Notes: generated by a model from the letters alone, not told the origin. Numbered from the stretch's first letter, positions 40,908 to 51,191 are shown. The stretch is 64,000 nucleotides of DNA from Nitrospirota bacterium (GCA_040756135.1 JBFLZS010000002.1:15949-79948); one strand, 5' to 3'. Numbers and translations are program-made.

Positions 40908-41225
40908 TCAAATCAAAACCCATTTGGATTTTCGTTTATGATAATCTCCTTTAAGTACATCATAGAAATTCTCTCGTTTGCCGATCATGATAATATAGAC
41001 AATCTTCCTCTCATCATCAACAGTATAGGCAATTCTATAATCAACCTTGTTCTCTCGAAAATGGTAGCAGAATATCCCTTCAAGATCACCGTAAAGACAT
41101 TCTCCAATAAAAGGATTCTCCAGCAAGATGTCCAGGTGAGTACTGTGGATTTCTTTTACTGCATGTTTATCCAGTTTTTTTAAATCTGCTTTGACCCTTG
41201 GATGATATGCATCCTTATAAGACAT
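40908..41225 (-). CDS. RelE/ParE-family type II toxin
   Basis: 105-aa ORF with ..RIAYTVDDERKIVYIIMIGKRENFY, the typical RelE/StbE C-terminus. It overlaps the upstream small gene by 11 nt. Confidence 0.7.
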   Translation of the reverse strand: MSYKDAYHPRVKADLKKLDKHAVKEIHSTHLDILLENPFIGECLYGDLEGIFCYHFRENKVDYRIAYTVDDERKIVYIIMIGKRENFYDVLKGDYHKRKSKWVLI

Positions 41226-41412
41226 CCCTGAATGTCTCCTCTCTCGTAAGAGGCTTAACTTTTTTTGTTTTAATATCTCGTGCCCGCTTCACAAGTTCCC
41301 GACCTTCACCCGACAATAAGAGAAGCAACATTTCCTTGTCAGCCTTTTTCAACTTTTTTATAGAATTAGCGATGTCTTCAACCTTCAATTCGACCATTAC
41401 CCCAACACTCAT
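41215..41412 (-). CDS. Putative antitoxin
   Basis: 65-aa ORF with a strong RBS (GAGGAGG) 8 nt upstream of the ATG at 41412. The call rests on its position immediately upstream of, and overlapping, the RelE-like gene. Confidence 0.5.
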   Translation of the reverse strand: MSVGVMVELKVEDIANSIKKLKKADKEMLLLLLSGEGRELVKRARDIKTKKVKPLTREETFRDVL

Positions 41413-41500
41413 TTCTTTTACCTCCTCATATATAATTATTTTTATTCTAATAATATTGTACAATCTCCCTCCTCACTATCCCGCCCCATGAGATATTTGA

Positions 41501-42160
41501 CTATAATTCCCCGTGTTCCAGCAAACTGTAATACCCCTTGTGGTTAAAAATGATGTGATCAAGAAGTTTTATCCCAAGAATTTCTCCTGCAGCTTTTAAC
41601 TGTTCTGTAATTTCGATATCATCTTTACTTGGTGTCAATCCGCCGGATGGATGATTATGCGCTACGATGACAGATGAAGCACGGTCGGTTATCGGGTCAG
41701 AGAAAACCTCTCTGGGATGTACCTGAGTTCTATTGACAAGTCCAACAGAAACAACACGGCTTTTTATTACTTCATTAGCACCATTAATTGAAATACATAT
41801 AAAATGTTCTTGCTTTCGGTCTGCATAATGCTGAATTAACGGAAGTATATCAGCAGGGAAGGAAATTTTAAGTCCCTCCGGTCTGATACGGCGTCGCGAA
41901 AATTCAAGTGCAGCAGCTATAAGAGTTGCTTTTGCAAAACCCACTCCTTCGATTTTTTTAAGTTCTTCAATATCAGGTTTTTCTTTACTATTATCCAATG
42001 CCTTTAATACACGTGCAGCAATGTTCATCACGTCATGGCCTTTAATGCCTCTGCCAAGAAGGATTGCAAGCAATTCAATATCGGATAGGGCTTCAGCGCC
42101 TTTTTGCTGGAGTTTCTCGCGGGGACGGTCGGATGCAGGAATGTCCTTAATCTTTTTCAT
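41501..42160 (-). CDS. radC: RadC-like JAB-domain protein
   Basis: It begins MKKIKDIPASDRPREKLQQKGAEALSDIELLAILLG (HhH N-terminus). The JAMM motif is HNHPSGGLTPSKDD. The ATG at 42160 forms an ATGA overlap with the upstream stop. Confidence 0.85.
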   Translation of the reverse strand: MKKIKDIPASDRPREKLQQKGAEALSDIELLAILLGRGIKGHDVMNIAARVLKALDNSKEKPDIEELKKIEGVGFAKATLIAAALEFSRRRIRPEGLKISFPADILPLIQHYADRKQEHFICISINGANEVIKSRVVSVGLVNRTQVHPREVFSDPITDRASSVIVAHNHPSGGLTPSKDDIEITEQLKAAGEILGIKLLDHIIFNHKGYYSLLEHGEL

Positions 42161-42549
42161 TTCAGATGGAGTTGTGCATTCTCTGCCAATTCCATCGCAA
42201 TCAATTTCTGTTCTGATTTCTCTCTTGGCCATCCAATGATATTCGCATGCCTTGGTGGGTTGTTGTCCGGAGCTATTTTTAATTTATTACTCAAAATATG
42301 GAACGCTGCAATATCTGCCCGTCCTAAAAGTGGCCGACTCCGCTTTTGAGCTACTTCACGGTCACCGATTCCCCATATTTCATTGTCAGATAAGTGTGAA
42401 ATACGAAATACCGATGTTTCGCCATTAGGTGCCGGCATGAAAACTACATATTTAACCCTTCTATATAAGCTGCTGAAATGATTTATATGAAGAATATAAC
42501 GAGTTAGAGTCTCTTCCGGACTTACTTGTTCTAAATTCAAGGCTGTCAT
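42157..42549 (-). CDS. Hypothetical protein (130 aa)
   Basis: It runs from the ATG at 42549, 1 nt after the upstream stop. It has conserved-looking segments ETSVFRISHLSDNEIWGIG and PPRHANIIGWPREKSEQ. No family recognised. Confidence 0.45.
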   Translation of the reverse strand: MTALNLEQVSPEETLTRYILHINHFSSLYRRVKYVVFMPAPNGETSVFRISHLSDNEIWGIGDREVAQKRSRPLLGRADIAAFHILSNKLKIAPDNNPPRHANIIGWPREKSEQKLIAMELAENAQLHLK

Positions 42550-42550
42550 C

Positions 42551-43009
42551 TTATGGATATAGACGGCGAAGATTCTCAATAATTTTTGTGGGGATTGAAT
42601 CACTAAAATATTCTGTACCGTGAGTCTTATTGCTACCAAATATGCCAGCATAAGCAATCATATTTTTCCCGCTGAAACTGATTGCAAAAGCCAATCGTTT
42701 ACCTTTATACCATTCCAACCCTATCTCGCCAGAAGGCTCAGCCAAAATTTGAGGAATAGGGAATGAAGAAGGAAGTAATTGAATAAAATCTAATGCCTCA
42801 GAAATAGAGTCGTTTGACACTGGATTCGCACCATAACCGTCCCAATTGGGCTTAGAACATTCTTTATAAAGTTCTAAGAGTGATTCAACCGCTTCTTCAA
42901 TGGGACGACCAATTGTTACAGTGGTTTTCCATATTTCTTTTTTGCTATATTCCATATTGCATGGAACGTAAAAACTGGGACAATCAATGCACTGGACTGC
43001 TACGCTCAT
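42551..43009 (-). CDS. Hypothetical protein (152 aa)
   Basis: It has an ATGA overlap with the upstream gene. It contains the NWDGYGANP and GEIGLEW segments. No family recognised. Confidence 0.45.
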   Translation of the reverse strand: MSVAVQCIDCPSFYVPCNMEYSKKEIWKTTVTIGRPIEEAVESLLELYKECSKPNWDGYGANPVSNDSISEALDFIQLLPSSFPIPQILAEPSGEIGLEWYKGKRLAFAISFSGKNMIAYAGIFGSNKTHGTEYFSDSIPTKIIENLRRLYP

Positions 43010-43746
43010 AAAAATAGCTCCTTTGCTTTTTCAGTAATACTTTTAAAAAATATTTCATTTTTGAAATGGCGTAATTTTTCAAGGATCTCCCATGTCTCTT
43101 TTTCGCTTATTCCCTCAGATTTTTGCTTGAATACATCTATATCCAATATTAAAGGCAAAATGTTAGGATTAACAATTTGTTCAAAAGCCTGTGTAATTAT
43201 AGCAGTGGCATCTATTTTAGGTTCATGTATAACAATGCGTGTCAAAAAACTACTAACCCCTTGCGGCAACCCATCTGGCACAGTCGGCGCCGCTGTCAAA
43301 TAATCACTGAAGTCCATAATAGGAAGAGGAATTTCCATTTTATTAATATATCTTAAAGCTACTCTTGTAATCTCAGGAGAGGTTACTTCTTTATATTTTC
43401 TCCATAATCCGTGTGCTTCATTGCGAAGATGTTCCCATGTTTCGTATGGCTTTAATCTACTGAATGTAAAACCATCTAATCTTGTCTGGAGTATCTGGCT
43501 CTTGTCAACAGACGTAAATATATAGCCATCAATTGTTTCAGTACTAGTTGAAATCGGGGTCTCACCTCTTTTAAATCCTAATTTGCCTTCCCATTTATGC
43601 CTTTCTTTTTTATCCGGATATTGTCCTGAAATAGAATCGTATATTGAATTGAACTGTTCAACTGATAAATCTTCTTTCACCTTAATCCGAATATCAATGA
43701 GAGCTTCTATAATAGGTGCTTTCGACAACACTGAATATTCAACCAT
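43006..43746 (-). CDS. Hypothetical protein, resembles the TIGR04255 family
   Basis: 246-aa ORF. The N-terminal ..APIIEALIDIRIKV.. and the overall length recall TIGR04255 (function unknown). The assignment is from memory and unverified. Confidence 0.45.
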   Translation of the reverse strand: MVEYSVLSKAPIIEALIDIRIKVKEDLSVEQFNSIYDSISGQYPDKKERHKWEGKLGFKRGETPISTSTETIDGYIFTSVDKSQILQTRLDGFTFSRLKPYETWEHLRNEAHGLWRKYKEVTSPEITRVALRYINKMEIPLPIMDFSDYLTAAPTVPDGLPQGVSSFLTRIVIHEPKIDATAIITQAFEQIVNPNILPLILDIDVFKQKSEGISEKETWEILEKLRHFKNEIFFKSITEKAKELFL

Positions 43747-43813
43747 TACGCCCCTCTAAATTAATATTTAGAAAAATATTGAATATTATATCAGAAAGAG
43801 GTGTTTCCATTTT

Positions 43814-45157
43814 TTATTTCTTGTTCCCCTTTTTCTTTATTACGTGTTTTGCCTTTTCAGCCCTGATGCGCTCCAGCAGAACCGAAGCCGGTTCGTCATT
43901 CGGATCCTGCGGTACAAGCTCGCCACGGAAGGCTTTAGCAAGTACGGACTGTGTGAGTCGATTTATGAAAGATTTTCCATCAACTAGACTGATTTGAGAT
44001 AAACGAATTCTACATATATTTATTTTATAAAAAAGTTTGTCCAATTTATTTACAATCCTATACTGTTCATTAAATGGAGCTATTATTATTGGAACCAGAC
44101 TTAGATTTTTTTGATTTATTGAAACTTGATTTACTGCATGACTTACTCTGCTACGAACCTCTTGTCGGAAAAATTCTGTTTGCATGAAATAGTGGGCATA
44201 TTTGGGCAATATATAGGAATGTCCAAAACGTAATCTCAGTAAATTCATACCATGAATAAATTGTTTTGGTTCGCCCTCATAGAGAGCAGTTTTACCAACA
44301 TGTTCATAACTGTTGATATGACTTAGGGCAATATCACCCATTTTGTATCTGTATGCCTCCAAAACATCTTTAGAAATATTATCTACATGCTGTACTCTAC
44401 TTAGATCAAATGTATATGATTGAATAGTCTCAATCCTTGAAACGGGTATTCCTCTTCCAGTTTTATTTTGGGTCATTGTAGTCCCATTTTTTATTTCGAA
44501 AAAACATTCACCGATTGTTGAAATTATCCAGCTACTTGGGAAATTATCTAAACTATTTTGATTATTTTCTTCAATTAATGCTATTAGCTCCCTTAAATCA
44601 TCAACCGTTGTTTCAAATATCGTTATAACCTCGCTTGCCAGATCCTGCGGCTCCGGGAGTCCGTCAACATCTTCAACTGATTCGTCTTTAAGCCAAGTTA
44701 TATCAAGCTTATAATCCCGCTCCTTGATGTCACTGATATGGAATTTTCTGAATCGCCCTTCTTCACCTGAATCAGTTCTCTTGCTCTGACCATTGGGGTC
44801 TTTGCCATAACACTTTTCAAACTCCTCAAAATGCTGTGGAGTAAGAGGCCTGTCTTTCTTTGTTATCCCGGGAACATTTGAGCGGGCATCAAATATCCAG
44901 ACATGTTCTGTGGGCAAACCTTTCTGAAAGAATATTACATTTGCCTTTACTCCCTGACTGTATGGTGTAAATGTTCCCCTTGGAAGACGTAGAATAGTGT
45001 GCAAATTACAATCCTTCATCAATATCTCAAAGACTTCCCCAGCTTTATCTTCAAAAAGGCAATTATCGGGTAAAACCATTGCTGCCTTTCCGCCGGGTTT
45101 AAGGATATTCATGACATGCTTCATAATCATGGTCGCCGCTTTCCTGAGCAAAGGCAC
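43814..45157 (-). pseudogene. hsdS: Type I R-M relic: HsdM C-terminal part fused in frame to a single-TRD HsdS
   Basis: KHVMNILKPGGKAAMVLPDNCLF..ILRLPRGTFTPYSQGVKANVIFFQKG is the HsdM C-terminal third. No SAM-binding or NPPF motifs are present. It is followed by one TRD and a conserved HsdS C-terminus (LAKAFRGELVPQDPNDEPASVLLERI). Confidence 0.7.
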
Positions 45158-46061
45158 TTTCCCATCCGAACAGATTGATAGTCATCCTCTGAATTGTGGA
45201 AACATACACAAAAGTATGCGTTTCTTGAGGTGATGTGAGATATACGTCAGGCAAGACTTTTGGATCAAAGGGTTTGTCATCTTCAATATCTTCACGCCTG
45301 AAACGTTGACTGTATACTTCGTATTCCTGGTCAAACTTATTACCTTTTGGAGTATTGAAAGAGGCAAACTCACGAACAGCCTGTGCTGCGAGTGCCCTTC
45401 TGTCAACAAGGAATAAAATTCTTCTTACGGCCTTAGCTTCGAGGAGACGATATATCTGTGCTACCGTTACAAAAGTTTTACCAGTGCCAGTCGCCATTGC
45501 AACAAGCATCTCCCTTTTGCCTTTGATGATTGCAGATTCAACAGCGTGAATTGCGTCTCTTTGATAGTAACGTAAACCTTCTATGTTAATGGGATTGCCT
45601 CTGAGCCATTCATAGTTGTCAGATGCACTTCTGTTAAAGATTTCCCATATTGCATCTGCTGTATGGAAATCGGTTATTTTTCTCGAAATGTTTTTCTCGC
45701 TGCGGATATCAATGTACCAGATTATCTCTCCATTCGTTGCATAGAGAAGTGGAACCCTATAGCCATTCCAATTGCCGGGCCCATTAAAAGAGCCTTTTGA
45801 ATAACGCTTTGCCTGTTCGAGAACATTTTGAGGGCTAATACCTACCTTTTTCGCCTCAATTATTCCCAACAGTTTGCCTTTTACAAACAGGGCGTAGTCA
45901 GCAGGACCATTTGCAGTAGGATATTCTTCCACAGCGTGGCAATAGAGTTTTGACATATCTAAATTATCTTTATATTTTATAATGATCCAGGATGGATTGA
46001 GAGCAGTGAGCTTTCTGTTAATTCTCTCTCTTCTTGTCTGCCATTCAAGTTCTTCGGTCAT
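45099..46061 (-). pseudogene. hsdR: Type I restriction enzyme HsdR, N-terminal third only
   Basis: It has a nuclease-like N-terminus (PADYALFVKGKLLGIIEAKK), LRYYQRDAI and Walker A MATGTGKT. It ends after STIQRM.. in out-of-frame sequence. The DEAH box and helicase C domain are absent. Confidence 0.75.
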
Positions 46062-46392
46062 CTTGACTCTCTTCTTGTTGATAGCGTGCTCTATTCAAAT
46101 CGATCTATTTCCAACCTCCGAGATTAAAATACTCCACAAAAATCAGCACGATCGGAACTTTAAATGTATCAACGAATACGGCCCTCGGCTCAGTAATCTC
46201 TCACGCGGCCTCTCATCCACCGGCCATGACACAATACCTTTCGACTTTCTTTTGTCTGAGATTTTCATTTCAGATCTATTCTATATTATATTCAATGTGT
46301 TACGATAATTTTACTTTTTCTCTTTCGTTGTTCAAACCCGCATGTTTATTTGACGTAATTCAGTCTTTAAAAGTAACATAAGGATATACAGA

Positions 46393-47193
46393 ATGACAGA
46401 AAAATTAACACATCTCATAAATATCCTCAAGGATATGCAAAGTGCTGTGCTTGCCTATTCTGGAGGTGTAGACAGCACATTTCTCCTGAAGGCAATGCAG
46501 CTTTCAAACATAAGGACCCTTGCTGTAACAGCAGTTTCAGAAATAGTGCCTTATCATGAAGTGCTTTTGGCAAAAAAGATGGCAGAGGAAATCGGTATTG
46601 AACACATGATTATCGAAACTCATGAACTTTCCAATGAAATGTTTGTCATTAACACTTCTGAAAGATGTTTTATTTGTAAAGACACCAGATTCAAAATACT
46701 TGAGGATATTGCAATATCAGAAGGATATAGATTTGTTCTTGACGGGAGTAACAGTGATGATTTGGATGATTATAGACCTGGCAAAAAAGCAGCAGAAAAA
46801 TACGGCGTGAGAAGCCCCCTGATAGAAGCAAATTTTTCAAAAAAAGAAATACGAGAACTCTCGCAGAAATTAGGCCTTTCAACATGGAACAAGCCATCTT
46901 CCCCCTGTCTTGCTACACGCATACCATATGGACAGAGAATAACAAAGAACTCATTAAAAAGGATCGAACGCGCCGAGAATTTTCTGAAGTCTCTCGGGTT
47001 CATTATAGTAAGGGTAAGAGATCATTATCCTGAAGCAAGAATAGAAGTCGGAAAAGAGGAAACAGCTTCACTGCTGGAGACCGAAAAGAGAATGATGATT
47101 TCTGAAAAACTAAAGTCCCTTGGTTTCTCCTTTATTACAATCGATCCCGAAGGGTATAAGAGCGGTGGTGTGAGTACTACAGCAATTTTTTAG
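46393..47193 (+). CDS. larE: ATP-dependent sacrificial sulfur transferase LarE / PP-loop ATPase (TIGR00268 type)
   Basis: The PP-loop is AYSGGVDSTFL. 266 aa, with ..CLATRIPYG.. in the C-terminal region. Confidence 0.75.
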   Translation: MTEKLTHLINILKDMQSAVLAYSGGVDSTFLLKAMQLSNIRTLAVTAVSEIVPYHEVLLAKKMAEEIGIEHMIIETHELSNEMFVINTSERCFICKDTRFKILEDIAISEGYRFVLDGSNSDDLDDYRPGKKAAEKYGVRSPLIEANFSKKEIRELSQKLGLSTWNKPSSPCLATRIPYGQRITKNSLKRIERAENFLKSLGFIIVRVRDHYPEARIEVGKEETASLLETEKRMMISEKLKSLGFSFITIDPEGYKSGGVSTTAIF

Positions 47194-47199
47194 GGTTTC

Positions 47200-47288
47200 A
47201 TTCCCCCTTAGCGAAGGGGGATTAAGGGGATTGTGCCTTTTTCAGCCTTTTTACAACCCTCTCGCCCCCTTTTTTAAGGGGGAATTTC
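47200..47288. repeat. Intergenic 'KGG'-type palindromic repeats
   Basis: It contains attcccccttagcgaagggggattaagggga ... ccctctcgcccccttttttaagggggaattt. Confidence 0.7.
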
Positions 47289-47328
47289 TTAGCTGTCATC
47301 AACTGATCCTATCGGGTTAAAATAGATC

Positions 47329-48504
47329 ATGGAAAATCTGCAATATTTAAAAGAGCTTGAGAAATGTGTACGCTGCGGAAGCTGCAAGGCATTCTGCCCA
47401 ACTTATGATGAAGACTCTATAGAGGGGATGGGTGCGAGGGGAAGACTTATGCTCCTGTGGGGACTCTCCTCAGAACAGCTTAAACCAACCCCAATCTTAA
47501 ATGAACGTATTTTTAGCTGCATTTTATGTGGCGCATGCTCAGGGTCGTGTCCGCTCGGAATTGATATCAAAGAGGTTATATTTCATGGCAGAAGTCTTCT
47601 AAGAAAAACAGACAAAAAAAGGAGGTATCTCCGACTCCTTACAAGGTTCTCTACAAAAAGGCCAAAATTGAGTTTCAGGCTTTTAAGTATGTCCCAGTAT
47701 ATTTTATTTCCCTACCTGTTTAAAAAAGGACTCCTTCCTTTTAAAATTGATCTGCCCGAACGCCACCTGAAAGAGAAACCTCATGTATACACAGTTTCTA
47801 AAAAGAAAGGCAGGGTAGCGGTTTTTACAGGATGTGCTGTTAACTTTCTTTATCCATATTTAAGGGAATCCCTTATTAATGTCCTCCATAGACTCGGTTA
47901 TGAAGTAATCCTCCCTACAGGTGAGATGTGCTGTGGTATGCCTTTAAGAGCCCTCGGTCTCGAGGAAGAGGCCATAAAACTTGCAAAAAAGAACCTTGAA
48001 ATATTCAGCAGACTAAATGTTGATGCGGTACTGAGTCTCTGCCCAACATGTACACTTGCTATTAAAGTAGAATACCCAAAGCTGATAGGAGAGGGTATAG
48101 ATAAGGCAAAGGACATATCAAGTTTTTTCCTTGAAGAATTAAACTCTTCTCAATACTCACTTCTGCCTCCTTTAAAGGGCGTCGTCTTTCATGACCCTTG
48201 TCACCTTAAATACGGACTGGGCATCGAGAGGGAACCGAGGGAGATCATAAGAAATATCGGTATAGACTTGATAAAGACTGAAGGAGACAGATGTTGCGGC
48301 TTCGGAGGTATTTTCAGCCTCTCTTACAAAGAGCTTTCACAGGGGCTTCTTGATAAATGCATCAGAGACTATATAAAGGCAGGGGCGGAGATGATTATCA
48401 CTTCATGCCCAGGCTGTATGATCCAGTTGACAAAAGGGGCTGAGAACAAGCCGGTTTTACATTTAATCGAGGTTATAGAGGAGGCATGTAGCCCTTCATC
48501 TTAA
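47329..48504 (+). CDS. (Fe-S)-binding oxidoreductase subunit, GlcF / HdrD-like (2x[4Fe-4S] + two CCG domains)
   Basis: It has CVRCGSCKAFCP and CILCGACSGSCP ferredoxin motifs. The CCG motifs are CCG(M)PL and CCGFGG. Confidence 0.8.
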   Translation: MENLQYLKELEKCVRCGSCKAFCPTYDEDSIEGMGARGRLMLLWGLSSEQLKPTPILNERIFSCILCGACSGSCPLGIDIKEVIFHGRSLLRKTDKKRRYLRLLTRFSTKRPKLSFRLLSMSQYILFPYLFKKGLLPFKIDLPERHLKEKPHVYTVSKKKGRVAVFTGCAVNFLYPYLRESLINVLHRLGYEVILPTGEMCCGMPLRALGLEEEAIKLAKKNLEIFSRLNVDAVLSLCPTCTLAIKVEYPKLIGEGIDKAKDISSFFLEELNSSQYSLLPPLKGVVFHDPCHLKYGLGIEREPREIIRNIGIDLIKTEGDRCCGFGGIFSLSYKELSQGLLDKCIRDYIKAGAEMIITSCPGCMIQLTKGAENKPVLHLIEVIEEACSPSS

Positions 48505-48508
48505 TTGT

Positions 48509-49558
48509 TTATGCAGGTCTATCCCCGTATCTTCGATAATTAATGATGCTTTCATGCACCACAACTTTTATAAAACCAGCAACCGGTACAGCCAGTAACA
48601 TCCCGATTATTCCGAACAATTTGCCGCCGATAAGTAACGAAAATAATACCAACAGCGGATGTATCTGAACGCTTTTTGCTAACGCTAAGGGCAGCACAAG
48701 GACATCGTCAATTAACCTGATTAAAGTAAACGCAACAATTATATAAAGCATTTTATCAAAAGCCCCTGTCTGGAGTATTGATACGATAATAGCGATTGTA
48801 GCCCCTGTAACCGGCCCAAGATAAGGGATAAGATTTGCCAGTCCGGCAACTATGCCGATAATAAAAAAATATTTAACACCAATTAACCATAATGCAAAAA
48901 TAGATAAAATGCCCACTATAGTTGCTTCAAGCATCTGACCTCGTAAATAATTTCCTATCTGAATATTCAATTTATGAATTAAATAAAGGGTAAACTCAAA
49001 GTACCGGTTCGGTATAATGCTTACAAATACCCTTTTAAACTTCCGTCCATCTTTCATGAAGAAAAATACTATAACAGGGATAAGAACCATACCCGTAATT
49101 ACAGAGGCTGCATCGAGAACGTGACTAAAAATCCAGTCTCCCACCCCGGCCATGGCATTCTGTATCCTGCTTAACAGGTTTAAATCCTTTATACCTAAAA
49201 AGGCGAGATTGGTGACGAGAAAGTCTTCAGTGCTTGAGACCATTAATCTCGCCTTTTCTAAAATAAAACCACTTTGAATCGCCTTTATCTCCCCATACAG
49301 GACAGGCAAAAAAATAATGGATGAAATGCCAGCAAGTGCACAAAAAAACAGAAAGATGGTGGCTGTTGCAGATGTCCGGCTCATTCCACGGGATTCAAGA
49401 AGGCTTGCTAAAGGGTCTAAGACATACGCTAACAATGCAGAGATTATCACTAATTTTACTACATCAGAGATGACAGCAAGAACTGCTGCGAGTATTATAA
49501 ACACAATTAAAAAAAATATTGACTTGGATAGGTTGCTGCTATTCCTGTAAACCTTCAT
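48509..49558 (-). CDS. AI-2E family transporter (PerM/UPF0118)
   Basis: 349-aa polytopic membrane protein with ..IPYLGP.. and the typical AI-2E topology. TAATG coupling with the upstream gene. Confidence 0.8.
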   Translation of the reverse strand: MKVYRNSSNLSKSIFFLIVFIILAAVLAVISDVVKLVIISALLAYVLDPLASLLESRGMSRTSATATIFLFFCALAGISSIIFLPVLYGEIKAIQSGFILEKARLMVSSTEDFLVTNLAFLGIKDLNLLSRIQNAMAGVGDWIFSHVLDAASVITGMVLIPVIVFFFMKDGRKFKRVFVSIIPNRYFEFTLYLIHKLNIQIGNYLRGQMLEATIVGILSIFALWLIGVKYFFIIGIVAGLANLIPYLGPVTGATIAIIVSILQTGAFDKMLYIIVAFTLIRLIDDVLVLPLALAKSVQIHPLLVLFSLLIGGKLFGIIGMLLAVPVAGFIKVVVHESIINYRRYGDRPA

Positions 49559-50088
49559 TAGCTATCCAACCGTTCCCGATGCCTCATATTGCTCAACTCG
49601 CTCACTTGTTCATTGGTGATTTTTAGACGTTCACCGATAGTCCATGCCAGTTTAAACAGAATTTTGCTCCCGAGTCCTGGATTACGGTTAATGATATCAA
49701 GAAGTTCAGGCTTAAAGAAACATAATATCTTACATGGTGTTTTACTAACAGCCGTTGCACTTCTTGGTGAATCATCAAGAAGGGCTAATTCCCCAAAAAA
49801 ATCCCCTTCACTTAGCTCTGCCAGCATATGTCTTTCAGGTCCACATACTATTTCTACGGTGCCTTTTACGATAATGTACATCCCGAGCCCGGCATCACCC
49901 TGATTGAAGATTATCTCATCTCTTTTATATTCCCTCTGGTATAAGATACGTTTAACTGTTCTTAGTTCACGATCTTTCAAATCCTGGAAGATAGGGATCT
50001 TTAAGAGAATATTATCTATTTCATCCGCTTCATTTTGGCGAGACTTAAAGATATTTTCCCAGAGTTTATTCACCTGAAATATCCTCAT
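49558..50088 (-). CDS. Cyclic-nucleotide-binding domain protein
   Basis: The cNMP-binding fold shows ..GDFFGELALLDDSPRSATAV... I prefer the start at the ATG at 50088 (MRIFQV). The longer track ORF begins inside a repeat. Confidence 0.7.
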   Translation of the reverse strand: MRIFQVNKLWENIFKSRQNEADEIDNILLKIPIFQDLKDRELRTVKRILYQREYKRDEIIFNQGDAGLGMYIIVKGTVEIVCGPERHMLAELSEGDFFGELALLDDSPRSATAVSKTPCKILCFFKPELLDIINRNPGLGSKILFKLAWTIGERLKITNEQVSELSNMRHRERLDS

Positions 50089-50090
50089 CA

Positions 50091-50136
50091 AATCCCCCTT
50101 CACCCCCCCTTTTCTAAAGGGGGGAGTGGGGGGATT
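50091..50136. repeat. 'KGG' palindromic repeat at the 5' end/leader of the cNMP-binding gene
   Basis: The sequence is aatcccccttcaccccccttttctaaaggggggagtggggggatt. Confidence 0.75.
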
Positions 50137-50394
50137 ACTATTTTCATGTCCCTTTGTGAGCAAGATTCATGAGGGTTCAGGTACATTTACAGATATATAA
50201 TCACATTTCGTTTGCTTCTTTCAATAATATTTCAAATTTGCCGAGAGTATTGTCATGCTGAATTTATTTCAGCATCTCGTATTTTCACTACGCTATGTCA
50301 ATAATAAGTTTCCAATATATCAGTCTAACTTTTTGTAGTATAATGAAACGCTCTTAAGAAATTTTATCAGTTAATTTTGAATAAAGGGGGGGGT

Positions 50395-51045
50395 ATGAAA
50401 TTTTTTATCGACACAGCAAATATTGACGAGATTAAGAAGGCATGGGAGCTTGGTGTTATAGATGGTGTAACAACAAACCCCTCCCTCATATCAAAGGAGG
50501 GAAGAGATCCGGTTACATTACTTAAAGAGATCTGCAGTATTGTCAATGGCCCGGTGAGTGCAGAAGCGGTGAGCATGACTGCAGATGAGATGGTCAGGGA
50601 AGCAGAATCCCTCTCCAGGATCCACGAAAATATTGTAATAAAAATTCCGATGATTGAGGAAGGACTAAGGGCAGTAAAAAGGCTTTCGGGCATGGGTATC
50701 AAAACAAATGTGACCTTGGTCTTTTCTCCAAGCCAGGCCCTGCTTGCTGCAAAGGCAGGCGCAACTTATGTGAGTCCCTTTGTCGGGAGGCTCGACGATA
50801 TAAGTCATACCGGGATGGGAATTGCCAGTGAGATAATAGAGATATACGAAAACTATATGTTTGATACAGAGGTGATAGTAGCGAGTGTGAGAAACCCACT
50901 TCATGTGGTAGAAGCTGCAAAGATGGGTGCTCATATTGCTACAATCCCTTATTCTGTTATAATACAGCTAATAAGGCATCCTCTTACAGACATAGGAATC
51001 GAGAGGTTCTTGAAGGACTGGGAGAAGGTACCCAAAAGACAATAA
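50395..51045 (+). CDS. tal: Transaldolase type 3B / fructose-6-phosphate aldolase family
   Basis: It begins [31 protein letters not shown] and contains ..VIKIP.. (Schiff-base Lys region). An RBS (GGGGGGGG) precedes the ATG at 50395. Confidence 0.9.
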   Translation: MKFFIDTANIDEIKKAWELGVIDGVTTNPSLISKEGRDPVTLLKEICSIVNGPVSAEAVSMTADEMVREAESLSRIHENIVIKIPMIEEGLRAVKRLSGMGIKTNVTLVFSPSQALLAAKAGATYVSPFVGRLDDISHTGMGIASEIIEIYENYMFDTEVIVASVRNPLHVVEAAKMGAHIATIPYSVIIQLIRHPLTDIGIERFLKDWEKVPKRQ

Positions 51046-51060
51046 AAAAGTTCTGTTTTT

Positions 51061-51142
51061 GTCATTCCTGCGAAAGCAGGAATCCAGTGTATTGTAGAAG
51101 ATAAATCTCAAGTTCTGGATTCCGGGTCAAGCCCGGAATGAC
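51061..51142. repeat. GTCATTCC...GGAATGAC intergenic repeat element
   Basis: The termini gtcattcc and ggaatgac are inverted. Inner hairpins are cctgcgaaagcagg and ccgggtcaagcccgg. Related elements lie at 15647-15825 and 28721-28793. Confidence 0.6.
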
Positions 51143-51191
51143 ATTTAAGAATAAGTCTTTTTACTAATTTCTTAGTAACAGGAGTAAATAA

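Noticed and set aside
50367-50702. 111-aa minus-strand ORF, plus 504-836 and 16703-17071 plus-strand ORFs
   Set aside because: They are antisense shadows of the transaldolase gene, apgM and the SNF2 pseudogene respectively. Their composition is hydrophobic/low-complexity, and there are no RBSs.
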